Shown here: one piece after another, positions 62,901 to 64,000 of the stretch | Position numbering within the stretch: position 1 is the first letter of the stretch | Layout: each line of letters starts with the position of its first letter | Assembly (NCBI GenBank): GCA_965285935.1 | Contig: OZ260665.1 | Coordinates: forward strand, 31,310,001-31,374,000 | Reading direction: 5' to 3' | Length of the DNA: 64,000 nucleotides | From: Ophelia neglecta | Taxonomy: Eukaryota | The notes under the pieces: generated by a model | Told to the model about the DNA's origin: nothing | Databases searched by the model: none | What the model saw: only the letters and a program-made list of their open reading frames with translations | Program-made: the position numbers and the translations under genes

Positions 62901-64000
62901 CAAGGCAAATGAGGCTCCTGGGTAGGTGACTGCATCCCTCTCATCGGACACTTTGTAAGAATTGCAAATTGCAGAAAAAGAATGCATGCTTCTCTTGTTC
63001 AGGGTACTAAGATACTGCAGCCATATGCATTGACAAATAGAAAATTCAGTTTTATTCTAGAAGTACCTGGTAGTTAAATTTTCCTAAATAAATTACATCT
63101 TATCTCATGTTTGTCTGTTAAGATCAGCTATCAACAGAAATCTTCAGAAAGAGGGAAAAAAGTCATAATTTACATGTGTCTGTTTCTTGAGATATGGTGG
63201 ATGAGAATTTCCAGTAGAATGTCTTGTGGCCGCTTTTGACCGCAACATATATATAGTTATGTGTGGGACTGGCAAATTTTATCAGTGTTTGATCTGCATA
63301 AGCTTATGTTAGAAAATTCCACAGAGGTCAGGGGTTGCAGTCAGATTGCTGGGATGAGATTAGGCAATTGAACAGAATCACAGATGAGACTGCCCCTCCA
63401 ATCAGGGCTGGTAGATACCACATGTTAACCACAGATTACAGTGGTCCATCTCTCGATACCTCCCATTAATTGATACGGCCAATGATAACTAGCAAATCCT
63501 GGAGACACACTTAATGTCCACTTTGTACTAGAATGATAAAAAAATTGGAGGGGTAACAGGGCAACCTGCCCTGGAAAGTTAGTCATTCTATGCTTTATGG
63601 GTGCTCTATTTCTATAGATTGGTTACCCTGTTGTTTTATGGTAGCCCCATTTGTTTCCAGCCTCTATCTGACTTGTTATACCCATTGTGAGTGGCATGGG
63701 TTAGGGAGAGATTTTAGGCAGACAGACCATACACAGGTAATACCTTGCCACTGTTGTAAGGTGTACTGTCATTTAAAGTTTCTTTCTAGGTAACATGACT
63801 TCACCATAACAGAAATGAATGTTAAACTTCTGAGAAACACCCCTTAACCTTATTAATTTATTTAACTTACATTTAATTCTGTTTGATTTAAGAACTTTTT
63901 AAGAATTATTTTTTGGAGATTTGTTTCAACTTTATCATTGCACATAAGTTGGCCACAAACCTTTGATTATGTAAATGTCTAATGAATAGCTCAACCTTGA

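Noticed and set aside
63778-63810. Strong acceptor as the next ARID3 coding exon
   Set aside because: The required frame reads G-N-M-T-S-P-stop rather than GTP(V/I)NR(I/L)PIMAK.
1-64000. CRISPR arrays, prokaryotic operons, tRNA/rRNA genes, autonomous transposon or viral ORFs
   Set aside because: No regularly spaced repeat-spacer array, cloverleaf, rRNA motif or RT/transposase/integrase ORF was seen. The window is spliceosomal-intron eukaryotic DNA.

Overview
Eukaryotic, AT-rich, intron-rich animal DNA. It is probably a lophotrochozoan or mollusc, judged only from the repeat style (TACATGTA, TGACCTTGA arrays, long poly-G/C runs); that assignment is an inference. Two genes sit head-to-head. 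(1) UTP15 (U3 snoRNA-associated WD40 protein) is on the minus strand. I reconstructed 13 coding exons by hand from ATG 24912 down to position 1: about 503 codons, all introns GT-AG, all phases consistent, stop codon outside the window. (2) A dead ringer/retained-type ARID3 transcription factor is on the plus strand. It has one or two candidate first exons at 25.3-25.9 kb, a 687-nt exon ending in HHWTFEEQFKQ, and a 73-nt exon LYELSDDSKRREFLDDLFSYMQKRG at 41673-41745. I did not find the rest of the ARID domain before 64000. About 61 kb is non-coding. I could recognise only a few short repeats: one clear TA-flanked MITE, a probable old tRNA-derived SINE, small tandem duplications and inverted repeats. 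The main hypothesis is a genomic-regulatory-block architecture, in which three greatly expanded UTP15 introns plus the very long ARID3 introns hold ARID3 enhancers. Secondary candidates are an alternative micro first exon for ARID3, a structured RNA element in UTP15 intron 7, and convergent CTCF-like motifs. I found no convincing new protein-coding system, and almost all ORF-track entries are intronic noise.
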